64,000 nucleotides of DNA from Rebecca billardiae RCC1528 (Eukaryota > Protista > Haptophyta): positions 124,001-188,000 of the forward strand of contig OZ251225.1 in NCBI GenBank assembly GCA_965240325.2, in the 5' to 3' direction. Position 1 is the stretch's first letter; every line of letters begins with the position of its first letter. Shown piece by piece: positions 1-11,022 of this stretch. The notes under the pieces are model-generated. The model was given only the letters and a program-made list of their open reading frames with translations. It did no database searches and was not told where the DNA came from. Position numbers and translations under genes: made by a program.

Positions 1-1385
1 CGCAGCCGCAGCCGCAGCAGCCGCAGCGCGCGGACGCGAGCGCGCGCCGCGCGTCGCCGCCGCTGGACGAGCTGGCCCCGCTCGGCGCGGGCGCAACCGC
101 CATCGTGCGGCTCGTGCGGCACGCGCGCACGCGCCGGCTGTACGCGCTCAAGTCGATGCCGCACGCGCTGCTGCTCGGCGAGGCCGCGGGCGCGGACGGC
201 GGCGCCGAGGCGGAGGCGGAGGAGGAGGGCGCGCGCCCCGCCGAGCCGTGCGCCGAGCGCCCCTCCTCGGCCGCCACCAAGGCCGAGCGCAAGCTCGTGC
301 GCGCGTGGCGCGAGCGCGACGCGTTGCTCGCGCTCGCGGGCCACCCGTGCATCGTGCAGCTGCACGCGCACTGGTGCGACCCGCACGCGCTGCAGCTGCT
401 GCTCGAGCCGCTGCTGGGCGGAGACCTGCACGGGCTGCTCAACGAGTGCGGCGCGCTCACCGACGAGGCCGCCGCCTTCTACTGCGCGGCGGTGGCGCTC
501 GGCCTGGGCGCGGTGCACGAGCTGGGCTGCGCGTACCGGGACGTGAAGGCGGAGAACGTCGGCATCGACGCGGCGGGGTGGCCGCGGCTGCTCGACCTGG
601 GGGGCGTGGTCAAGGTGGCGCCGCCCGCGCGCGCGGGCGGCGGCAGCGCCGGGCTGCTGCCCGTGCCCGCCGCGCCGCCCGGCGGCGGCGGCGGCGGCGG
701 CGCGGGCGCGGGCGCGGGCGCGGGCGCGCCGTGCGCCGTCTCGGCCGCGGGCGGCGCGGGCGGCGGCTGCGCGTCGCCCGAGCCCGCGCCCGCGCCCGGC
801 TCGCCGTGCGGAGGGCTGTGCGCCGAGCCCTCCGCCCCCTCCGCGCGCACCGCCACCCGGTTCGGCACAGTCGAGTACATGAGCCCCGAGATGGTGCAGG
901 GGGCGCGCGCGGACGGCTCCGCGCCCGGCCGGCCGTCGGACTGGTGGTCGCTCGGCGCGCTCTGCTTCGAGATGCTCGTGGGGCGCACGCCGTGCGCCAG
1001 CGCCGCGGACGACGTCGACGCCGTCGCGATCGCGCGGCGCATCCGCGAGGGCGCCGTGCTCTGGCCGCGCCCCGACGAGCCGCAGCTCTCGGCGGGCGCG
1101 CGCGACCTGATCGAGCGGCTGCTCACCGTCGACGACCGCGCGCGGCTGGGCACGCACGGGGACGAGGCGGCGGTGCGCGCGCACCCGTTCCTCGCGTCGG
1201 TCGACGTGGACGCGATCATCAACCGCGTCGGGCTGCACCCGCCCTGGCGCCCGGAGCTCAGCGGCGCCGCGGACGTCAGCCGCTTCGCCGACCTGCCGCT
1301 CGACATGTTCGAGCACAGGAGGCGCGCGCTGCGCAAGCTCTCGGGCGCGGCGCGCGCGTGGGAGCCGCTGCTCGCCGACTTCTGA
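1..1385 (+). CDS. AGC-group Ser/Thr protein kinase (PKA/PKG-like), probably 5'-truncated by the window edge
   Basis: Gly loop LGAGATAIV just upstream of the called ORF start; YALKSM; YRDVKAEN catalytic loop; LLDLG (DFG variant); GTVEYMSPE; DWWSLG; AGC C-tail PPWRPELSGAADVSRF. No in-frame ATG before the Gly loop within the window. Confidence 0.9.
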   Translation, partial: QPQPQQPQRADASARRASPPLDELAPLGAGATAIVRLVRHARTRRLYALKSMPHALLLGEAAGADGGAEAEAEEEGARPAEPCAERPSSAATKAERKLVRAWRERDALLALAGHPCIVQLHAHWCDPHALQLLLEPLLGGDLHGLLNECGALTDEAAAFYCAAVALGLGAVHELGCAYRDVKAENVGIDAAGWPRLLDLGGVVKVAPPARAGGGSAGLLPVPAAPPGGGGGGGAGAGAGAGAPCAVSAAGGAGGGCASPEPAPAPGSPCGGLCAEPSAPSARTATRFGTVEYMSPEMVQGARADGSAPGRPSDWWSLGALCFEMLVGRTPCASAADDVDAVAIARRIREGAVLWPRPDEPQLSAGARDLIERLLTVDDRARLGTHGDEAAVRAHPFLASVDVDAIINRVGLHPPWRPELSGAADVSRFADLPLDMFEHRRRALRKLSGAARAWEPLLADF

Positions 1386-1825
1386 GCGCTCTGCGCAGGG
1401 CTACGTACTGGGCGCCGCAGTGCGGCCGAGTCGTACTGCCCTGCCCGGGCTGCGGGCGCTGGTTGGCACTGCCGCGGCCCACGGCCCTGCCACGGCCACG
1501 GCGGACGGGCTGCGGTCGGTAGTGGCTAGTACCCAGCGGGTGTCTACCCGGCAGCGCGTAATAGTCACGCGCACGCGGCTGACTCAGTGACTCCGCTTAG
1601 GACTGACAGCAGCCCGAGGTCGCTGTCCGACAGCCCCAACGACCCGGTGACAATGTACGGGCGGTACTGTAATGGCGTCAATCACGCCTTAACCAAGTGT
1701 GCACGTTAAAACATAGTAAACTGTACACAAGCAGTGCACAAATAGCTTTTCGCGCACGCATCAGTGCTGATAGGCAACGGAGCAGCAAGCAAGCACTCCC
1801 GCAAACCCAGCGCGTGATCGGAACG

Positions 1826-3519
1826 ATGTCCGCCGCCGACGCCGAAGCCGGCGCCGGGCGCACAAAGCCGTCGTGCAGGGCGTGCCGCCTGTCCAAGGTG
1901 AAGTGCATCTACTCGAACGGTGACGAGGTGGGCGCGTGCGACCGCTGCGCGCGGCTCGGCCTCGCCTGCATGCAGGTGCCGCCGGGCAAGCGCGGGCGCC
2001 CCGCTGGCCTGGTCGGGCCCGCGCTGCAGAAGATGAGGCAGCCGCCCGACGGCTCGCCACCGCCTGCCGCGCGCGGGCACGCCGTGCGCGCCACGCCGAT
2101 ACCGCTTGCCGCGCCCGGCCCGACCACCAGCCTCGCCAGCCCCGCCGAGCCCCTCCTCCCGCCCTCCACGGGGCCGGACATCCTCGAGCAGCTGAGCGAG
2201 CGGCTGATGAAGACGATGATCAGCGGCTCGCGCGCGGAGACGCAGGAGCACAAGGCGAGGGTGCAGCGCACGCTCGTCTCGCAGCTGGTGCTCGTCGCGC
2301 AGCGCGACGGCAACTGCGGTGCGCGCAGGCGCGTCGTCCGACGGCGCGCGGCTGCGCGCGCACCGCCCGCGGCGCGCGCCGGCACGCCCGCGCACCGCTT
2401 GCTCGCAGCCCACGCGCCCCGCCCCGCGCGCTCGCGCGCGCCCCGCGGCGCCCCGCAGAGCGCCTCGGCCGCGCGCTCATCTTCGCCGGGCGCATCGGCC
2501 TCACCCCCGCCGAGGTGCTGCGGCCGCTCTCCGCGCCGGGTGCGAGCATGGACGATCTGCTCGGGCACATGCCCGACTTCATCGCCGAGTGGTTCCACGG
2601 GGAGCGGCCGTGCGTGTTCCGCGCGTTCGCCGACGGGTACGTGCGCGTGCGCGCGAACGGTGCGATGCGTCGGGCGCTCGGCATGGCCGGCACCGCCGCC
2701 GCCACGCCCAGCATCACCGCCGCCGTGCAGCCCGGCCGCGCGGCCACTGGCTTGGCCGCTGGCTTGGCCGCTGGCTCGGCCGCTGGCTCGGCTGCTGGCT
2801 CGGCGGCGCTGCCGGGCCGGCTGGGCACCTCGGCGGCCATCGACGTCGGCGTGGTGGAGGCCGGCCTGCTGCACGCGGTGCTGATGGTGCCCAACGCGGG
2901 CGAGGTGCTCACGAGCGTGCTCGCCAGCATGCTCGAGCAGATCATGTCCGGCGGGGCGCCGCCCGCCCCGGACGTGCACCGGCACGCGCACGGGCACGCG
3001 TCGCAGCCGCTGCTGATCGTGGGCGTGGGCGAGTGCCGCCTGAGCGGCCGCATGGTGGTGCTCGGGGACTCGCAGGCGATGTGGAGCGCGCTGCGCTTCG
3101 TGCCGGTGGGCGCGGCCGAGGACGGCGCGGCCGAGCGCGGTGCGGAGGCGCGAGCGCAGCCACAGCCCGCGCCCACGCCACCGCACCCGGCGCAGCCAGC
3201 GCCCGCCGCCCCGGCACCTCAGCCGCCCACCTCGTCCGCCGACAGCGACGAGCCCCAGGGCACGGTGCAGGAGCTCGCCAGCCTCGTGGGCGACGCGGCG
3301 GACCTCGGGCTCACGCTCGAGGACGTGCATCAAATCCTGTTCAGCACCGGCGCCGACGCGCCTCCTGTCGCGGGCGTGGGCGGCGAGACGGCGCCGGGCG
3401 GCCGCCAGGGCGCGCTGACGGCGCACTCGTTCGCATCGGACGCGGCGTTGCTCGTCGGGCTGAGCGAAGAGGAGGTCGAGCGGCTGCTGCGCGGGCACGG
3501 CGGCACGGCTGGCGAGTAG
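1826..3519 (+). CDS. Zn(II)2Cys6 (GAL4-type binuclear cluster) transcription factor; join(1826..2318,2459..3519)
   Basis: CRACRLSKVKC-x10-CDRCARLGLAC followed by basic KRGRP. A GT..AG intron at 2319-2458 joins the two track ORFs in frame (NC/ERLGRALIF). Confidence 0.88.
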
Positions 3520-3874
3520 CTCGTGTCATCAGGACTAGTGTAAGCATCCTCGCATCTATCATGCAATGATTGTACGTAGTAGGAGTGCTGCTACAGTACT
3601 GCTACTGTACTACTGTATCATGTACTGTACTGCTAATATAGCAGTACTGTAGGAATCTAGCTAGCTACTCTCGGCCCTCAGCTGGTCAGGACGCGCGGTG
3701 TTGTATTTTTGGTTGATACCAGGCCGATCCAAGGGACGACCGCCGCTTGGGCGCGGTCCACCTAGACGCCCTCGAGGTGCCCACAGCGCCGAACGCCCCT
3801 GCACGCCTCACCTCGCCGCGCGCGAGCGCGTTCAAAACGGCCTCCATCGAGGCCCTCTGCCGTGGCCAGCCTTT

Positions 3875-6055
3875 ATGGGCGACCGCTCCGAGTCGGCAGT
3901 GCGCGCGCTGCTCGAGCGCGCGGCGGCGGACGGGCGCCGCCGCCGCGCGCTCGTGCGAGGCCCGACCCTCTTGCTCGGCTCCGCCTGCTGCCTGGTCGGC
4001 CTCCCGCTCATGATCTTCACGAGCAACGTGTGGACGGGCCGCGCCGGGGTGGCTTTCATGCTCACGGGCGGCTGGTTCCTGGTGTGCGCCATGGTACCCG
4101 ACGACGCGGACGCCCCGTACTATGTCGCCGGCTGCTCTGCCGCTGTCGAGCTCGTGCTGGGCGTGTGGGACGTCTTCAACACGCTCAACCAGTTCCGTGT
4201 GACGGAGGCGCAGTGCGGGGCAGGTGCGCCGCGCACGGCTGCGTGCCAGGCGCTCGTCGTCGGCCAGGTCACGCAGGTGTGGGACACGTGCGCCGCCTTC
4301 CTCTCGCTGGGTGTGTTCGTGCACATCCTCGTCGGCCGGTGGCAGCGGCGCGGCCAACCGCGCCGCGCGCGCCGTCGGCTGCTCCTGGTCATGCGCGCGG
4401 TGCTGTTCAGCTACACGCTCACGACCGCAGCGCGCGACGTGGCGGGCGCGGCGGCCTTTGTGGAGGGCAGCAGCGAGCGGCTGCTCGTGCTCCTGCCCAC
4501 GCTCCTCGTCAGCGCGTACGCGCTCGCCATCGCGCTCGTCGGCATGTCCCCCGGCGGGATCGCGCGAGTCCACCGGACTCTGGTGAGCAGGGGCTGGACA
4601 GACGGCGCGAGCTCCGCCGCAGCGATCGCCACCCTCGTGGGTGGCACGCGCCACCCGACGGAGTCGATGGCGCGCGGCATCGCGACGTTGCGCTGCGTGC
4701 CGCTCGATCGGCTCGAGCGCCGCCACCTGCAGCCGCGCGCTCAAGGCCAGCCGCCCATGCTGCCGCGTCGCCGGCTGCTCTCGCAGGCCCAAGCGGGTGC
4801 CTCGCGCCTCTCCAACGCGCTCGGCGCGGAGGCCGGGCTGCGCACGAGCGGCGCGCTCGCGCGGCTGTCGGGCGGTGACGCGCGGCGCAGCTCGTTGGGG
4901 GCGCAGCGCGGTGCGCAGCCGCCGCCCTCGAGTCACGACCTGAGCGTTGACCTGAGCGCGCAGCCGCCATCGGCCACGCCCGGTGCGTGCCTGGACACGT
5001 GCGCCGCCGCGGGCACGGCTGCCGAAACCGGGCCCGCCACGGCAGGGCGGGGTGAGGCGGCTGAAGGGGGGGGCGGCGCGTCCGGCGCGCCGTGGGTCCC
5101 CGCCGAGTACGGCCGCATCGACGCGTTCGTGTCGCACTCGTGAGCGCGCGTGGCCGCGCCGCGCCGCGCCAGCGCCGCGCGGCGGTGCCATGCGCGCACT
5201 GAGCACGTGCGAGGCGCGCGCGCCCCTCCACGCGCCCGTCCGCGCGCCCCATCCTCTCCCAGCTGGAGCGACGACGCCGACCTCAAGTGGGAGGCACTGC
5301 AGGCGTGGCGCGAGCGCTTCAAGGCCAAGCACAGGCGCGAGCCGACGGTGTGGTTCGACTCGCTGTGAGCCGCGCGCGCCGCGCGTGCGCGCCCCGCCCG
5401 TGCCGTTCGGCGCACGGGGGCGTGGCCCTCAGGGCTCACGCGCGAGCCGAGCGCGCCGCCCGCCGCCCGGCGCGCGCCGCGCGTTGCGTGGCAGGTGCAT
5501 CGACCAGAGCTCGATCGGCGAGTCGCTCGCGTTCCTGCCCGTGTACATCGCCGGCTGCCGCGCGCTCCTCGCGCTCGTCGGGCCGACGTATGCGCGCCGG
5601 CTGTGGTGGTGCGCGCTGTGCGCGCTGTGCCGCAGCAGCGCACCGCGAGCGCGCACCGCGCGCCGCGCCGCGTGCCGCCGTGCGTCACGCGCGCTACCGC
5701 GCGCGCCGCGCGCTGCTCCGTGCGCAGCGTGATGGAGCTCTTCGTCTTCGTCGTCACGGGCGGCGAGGAGGACCAGATCGAGTGGGTGGAGCTCGGCGAC
5801 GGGGCGGAGGTGGACGTGCGCGCGTTCGACGTGCGGCAGGCGCAGTGCACGCTCATCGCCGACTCGGACAGGCTGCTCTCGACGATCGATGCGACGTTCG
5901 AGGGCATCGACAAGTTCAACGCGAGCATTCGCGATCTGCTCTACCGCGCCACGGAGAAGCGCAGTAGCGCGCGGCCGGCCCCGGAGCTGGTGTGGCGCAA
6001 CACGTCTTTTTCGGCAAGCGGCCGCAGGGCAGATCGTCGACTACCAGCAGCCTGA
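3875..6055 (+). CDS. Multipass membrane protein with C-terminal TIR-like domain; join(3875..5139,5263..5364,5495..5608,5728..6055)
   Basis: About 6 hydrophobic segments in the N-terminal half. Removing three GT..AG introns gives a continuous DAFVSHSWSDD...VWFDSLCIDQ...LPVYIAGCRALLALVGPTYARRLWCVMELFVF, matching the TIR_2 pattern (FxSHS, W.D, WCxxE). Confidence 0.82.
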
Positions 6056-6400
6056 GCCCTGATCGTCCGGCCGATCGCGACATATATATATCGATTATCA
6101 GCAGCCTCATTGATGAGCCCGCCCGACTGCTCGTCGCCGTCCGATATCAGCAGTATCGCGCGTCGTCTTTATATTAATATAATTTATAATAATCGTATTG
6201 ATGATAGTCATCAGTAGTGCCCGGGCCGCTGCGCCCCCGAAGAGGCCGAAGGGCCGTCGGCGAGTGCCGAGCCCGAGTCACGGTTGGTCCGACCATTCAT
6301 CGTACAGATTGGCCCGCGCTGAGAGTGAGAAGAGTGAGAAGTGAGGCCGCATGCAGATCAAGACGTATATAGGTAGAGTGTAGCCACCTGGGGCCTGCCC

Positions 6401-7510
6401 CTACACGTCGGTGTAGCCGAGCCTGTGCGCAACGGTGCGCAGTCGATCTGCGAGGCCGGCGTTGATGTGGCGCAGGTCCTCGAGCGTGACGCTCACCAGC
6501 CCGGTGTTGCGCCTGTTGCGCCGCGCCTCCGTGTCGAGCGAGACGGCGGCTCGGCCGCTGCCGTCCGCGGCGGGCTCGCCGCACGCGCGTGCGAACGCGT
6601 CGCGCGAGGGCGGGTACGAGGCGTTGGCGAAGCCGCCGAGCCTCGCCACCTCGCACGCGCCCGTCGCCTCCACGTGGTACGCCCCGCCCAGCGCGCCCGC
6701 CTCGAGCGCGTCCGCCATGTGCTCCGAGTAGAGCGTCCAGTACCACGCGACCGCGCCCACACACGGCTTGATCGGCACCATCTCCGTGGGGAAGAGCGCG
6801 CGCACGAACGCGGAGAACATGGGGTTGGCGCCGCCGGCCTCGACGCGGCAGAACTTGACGGTGAGCGACTCGATCGTGCGCAGCGGGTGCCGCGCCTGCA
6901 GCAGCGCCCGCGCGTACGGCGTGACGCAGCCGGCCTCCGTGCGCGCGCAGCCCCACGTGGCGCGCACCACGTGCGCGCACTCGCGCTTCCAGCAGTCGCC
7001 CCACTGCACGCGGTACGAGCAGTTGGGCGCGCGGCGGAACATGGCGGGGTGGAACCCGAGGTTCCGCCAGCTCCGCGCGCAGATCACCGTGACCGAGTCC
7101 TCGGGCGCGCGCCCCGGGAAGTAGCGCAGCCCGTGCAGCCAGCTCACCGTGCCGTCGCGCGAGAAGGACGACTGCGTGTCCGAGTGCTCGTGCTCGAACT
7201 CGAGGCCGAGCGCCTTGAGCGACGCGGTCATCTGCACGGTGCCCGAGGACTGCGTCCCGACCACGAGCAGCTGGCGCATGTCGCCCTCGCCCACCGCGGG
7301 CCGCAGCCAGCCCGACTCGAGGTGCAGCCACAGGTAGCCGCTGTACAGCGCGTACGGCCCGCCGATCACGGAGGTGATCAGGAGCAGGTCCCACACGACG
7401 GAGCGCGGGCCACCGCCCGCCCTGCTCGGCGCGCCCGCCGCCGAAGGCGCGCCCTCGGTCGACGCCGCCGCGCCCTTCCCCCCGCCCTTGCGGCGTCGAG
7501 CCGCGCCCAT
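6401..7510 (-). CDS. Type II membrane sulfotransferase-like protein
   Basis: Basic N-terminus, one TM segment (VVWDLLLITSVIGGPYALYSGYLWL), PAPS-loop-like VVGTQSSGT and 3'-PB-like LLQARHPLRTIESL. Confidence 0.65.
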   Translation of the reverse strand: MGAARRRKGGGKGAAASTEGAPSAAGAPSRAGGGPRSVVWDLLLITSVIGGPYALYSGYLWLHLESGWLRPAVGEGDMRQLLVVGTQSSGTVQMTASLKALGLEFEHEHSDTQSSFSRDGTVSWLHGLRYFPGRAPEDSVTVICARSWRNLGFHPAMFRRAPNCSYRVQWGDCWKRECAHVVRATWGCARTEAGCVTPYARALLQARHPLRTIESLTVKFCRVEAGGANPMFSAFVRALFPTEMVPIKPCVGAVAWYWTLYSEHMADALEAGALGGAYHVEATGACEVARLGGFANASYPPSRDAFARACGEPAADGSGRAAVSLDTEARRNRRNTGLVSVTLEDLRHINAGLADRLRTVAHRLGYTDV

Positions 7511-8578
7511 GCCACTGCCGTCGTCGTCGGCGCGCCCGCCGAGCTTCAGCTTGCCGGTTCACGAGTTCCCGCCACTGCCCCACCCACCGTCGTCAGGAAC
7601 AGTGCGCGGCCTGCCAAGTCCTGGTCTCTGGAGGCACCGCTGCACCGGACTGGGGTTGCCGAGCTGCGCGCTCGCGCCGCGCGCCGAGCGCTTCCCTCTC
7701 AGAGCGGTCCAGCGATGGCGGCAGTGGGCGAGTTCACACTCGTCAAGATGAACCCTAACCCTTAACCTAGGCGCATCGCTTCTCTTTGGCCTTTTTCCGC
7801 GCGCTTTTGGGCTTCACTAAAAGCGTCGCGCGCTGTTTCATCGTCTGGACCGCTGGGCGCCTGCCGCTGATGCTCGGGGGGAAGATGTGTGCCGACGGCG
7901 CGCGCCGGCCACGCCACACGTCTGGGGTGGCGCGCACGCACGCGTGCGCGCCGCCCTGCAGACCGTGGCGGGAAAGGTTCGCCCTTGCTGCCGGCGATGC
8001 GTTCGTCGGCGCAATCGACCCCCATCCAACGAGCCGGCACGGCTACCCGAACTCTAGTTCTTTTTATTTTTTTAACCGCATGCGGTGCTGTGTCGAGCAC
8101 GGCCCGTGAGATGCCGAGCTCAACCAGCAAGCGCGCACATGCTCGGCGCGCGCCCATGGCGCCGGGGCGCGCGAGCGTGCGTTGACTCCCGGCGTGCCGT
8201 GCGCTCCCCCCGCTCCATGCCGCGCGCAGCAGGCCGCCGCGCACGCCCGCCGACCTCCTCGGGCTGGGCCAGCAGCAGCGCCGCGTCCGTGCCGCCGGCC
8301 CCGAGGCCCGGGCGGAGGACATGCGGCGAGGACTGGACGCGCACCGTGGCGCTGTTGGCGGTGCAGCACGCCATGGCGGTGCGGTGCGCGCGGCGCGGCG
8401 CCGTGGTCGCGCGCGGACCGACGCGCGCCGGCATCGCAGCCTTGCCTGAGTCCTGTCCGCGCGCTCGGTGCCCGACTGCGGTGGTGGCCACCGCGCCCGC
8501 CCGCCCCGCGCCCCCCGCCCACCGCCCGCGTGGCACGCAGACCGAGCACGCCGACCTCGCCGAGCACGCCGACCTCAT

Positions 8579-8603
8579 ACACACACACACACACACACAC
8601 ACA
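8579..8603. repeat. (AC)n microsatellite
   Basis: About 12 AC units, preceded by two copies of ccgagcacgccgacctc. Confidence 0.9.
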
Positions 8604-10702
8604 TGTATGACGACAGGGCACTGCACCTGGCCCAGCACTGGCGCCTAACAGTCGAACCACTAAACCAGCAGGTCCCGAGCACTCCGAGCTGGCACAGCCG
8701 CTGACCTCTTGTAGGGGTCACGGACCGATGCCGGGTCCCATAGTCGTCCGAGACTCCTGGACGACCTGGAGCTGATGAGTATAGTGATGATACGATCGGA
8801 TGCCATATCGCACGCGCATGCATCACGCCCGATCCGCCGCCGCCGGCGCGTGCAGAGCGGGCTGACGCAGCAATTAACCGCCCGAGTTATAGGGGGGCCA
8901 AACCGCTCATTAAAAAAAGAAAATCAAAGCCGCGGCGCATTTTCGCTCCTCCCTCGGCCTTTTAGGGTGGCGCGGAGCCTTTTTCTCGGACCCCGCTCGA
9001 AAATCGAGCTCCGACGCGTTCGGGCGCTCAGAGCTCGGTTCCGCTCGAGCACGAGCGGCCGGAGGCAGTGGACCGCCGCGCGCTCGCGTCCCATGAGACG
9101 CCGATATGGTCTCGGGAGCGCGCGCGCGTGACGCTGGTGGGCGCTTCTGACCCTTGTCTTTGCGCCACCAGCGGCTCACCACCCGGTTCTTGGCCACCTC
9201 GCGCCGTGCGCGGCGCGCGTCGGCCGGCTTGAATTGGTGCGCTGCGTACGCCCGTCACGCTACCGCTCCTTGTGGCTCAAGATCAACTCGCCCCGGGGAG
9301 ATCGATGCTCGCCCCGAGTGTTCATGTGTATCCGTGGATGCCCAGCTCGCCTAACCTGCCCTGCTGCGCCGGAATCGCCGTCAGCAGACCTGCGCGAGCT
9401 CGCGCGCAACACCTCCGCGGAGCCCGCAACTGTCATGTTCCGCTCGTAGGGCCCGTGTTTGCACCTGCCGTGGCACTGGCGATGGTCAGCACGTTGGGTA
9501 TGGGTCATGCGTGCCCCCAGATGGCGTCGGGGCGCCTCCCATTCGCCTCTCAGGACGTTGCGGACGTGCTCGCAGGCAGCGGTTGGCTCATTCGACAGGC
9601 CTCCGACGTGCACTCGACCGTGCCTACAAGCGCGCCCCTGTGACGCGCATGCCTGCAGAAGCAGACGCAGATGGGCCTCCATGCACGTGGTGCGCCCAAG
9701 ACCGGCGGGAGCGTCAGAGATCGTCTCAATCTTGACACCTTGCACACGCCGGCGCTTGCCATTGGGCTCCGCGCAGCCAGCCAGGAGCGCCGAACAGCGC
9801 CGGATCAGCCTCTGTAGGCCGAATATCCGCCCCAACGCCCAGAAATAGCGCGGAACAGGGTAGGGCGTACATATATGGACCGATCCCATCCGGCCTGGTT
9901 TGGTGCAGAGACGCCAGCCACCACCTGGAGCAGGCGTTTGCTGCCGAATCGCATGCTCGGCACTGTGCCGCACTGCGATGACGACAGATTTGACCTGCCT
10001 CGTAGGTCTCGGCCATGGAGCGGTGACGGTTGGCTCGAGTGACTTTAAACCTTGATTATGACCGAGAGTACTCCCGGGCTGAGGACATGGGGCCGGTGCT
10101 TTGGGTCTACTATGTCTGCAATACGCCGTACGCGTGGCCGTATACACAGTCTGAAAACGTATCTCGCGGCTCGAGATCAGACGAGACTGTATTCATCAGA
10201 ATGGCGTCTATATACACGGTGGGTATGTAACGACCAGTGGCTTCCGGGAAACTACGTGTTTGACAGCCTGCCAGTACACAGCTTATATCGCATGTTGGGA
10301 CCTGCTGCTGCTGGGGACTCAGAACGATCTCGCCGAGATGCTCTATCAAAGTGAAGTCGACATGGTCTATATGTCACATATAAGACAGCCGTTACATGCC
10401 GTTTCCAATAAGTTCAGGCTCATTCTAATAAGTAAATATGCTAGCCGTTACGCCCTATATTCAGGGTATGTGCACCTGCTTTTTTTACTTGGCTGGCCCA
10501 GACCCCTCCAGAGGGCATATGATCCAGCCCCAATTCAGCGCTAAACACTCGCTAGGACCAGCGCTCGTAGCCGTCAGTCACGTCACAGTGCCACTTTGGC
10601 CCCCCTACCGAGTACCGTGAGACGGCGAGTCGACAGGCAGTAGACGTAGTCATCTGTCAGTAGTGACTGGCCTGTTTTATTTCGCTACCAGATCCATCCA
10701 GC

Positions 10703-10780
10703 ATATATATATATATATATATATATTTACTATGTCACGGCATCAATAATGATATATATATATAATATAATATAATAATC
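10703..10780. repeat. (TA)n / AT-rich microsatellite cluster
   Basis: (AT)12 at 10703-10726 followed by TATAA-type runs. Confidence 0.85.
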
Positions 10781-11022
10781 TGCTATACTTCGCTACGATA
10801 TACTTTATTATTATTAAAGTTACTGAACTGCTGGCCGGATAGCTACCCGAGCATAGTATCAGGACTCAGGAGCATAGCACTTACGGCAGACGACTCATCA
10901 GACATCATCAGCGCAGTAGTCGTCATATATATCGTAGTAGTCGCGTCGTCGTCGTCATCAGCAGTTATACATAGCGCTGCCATCAGCATGATGTGGCCGC
11001 CCGATCAGCATCATCGTCGTCA

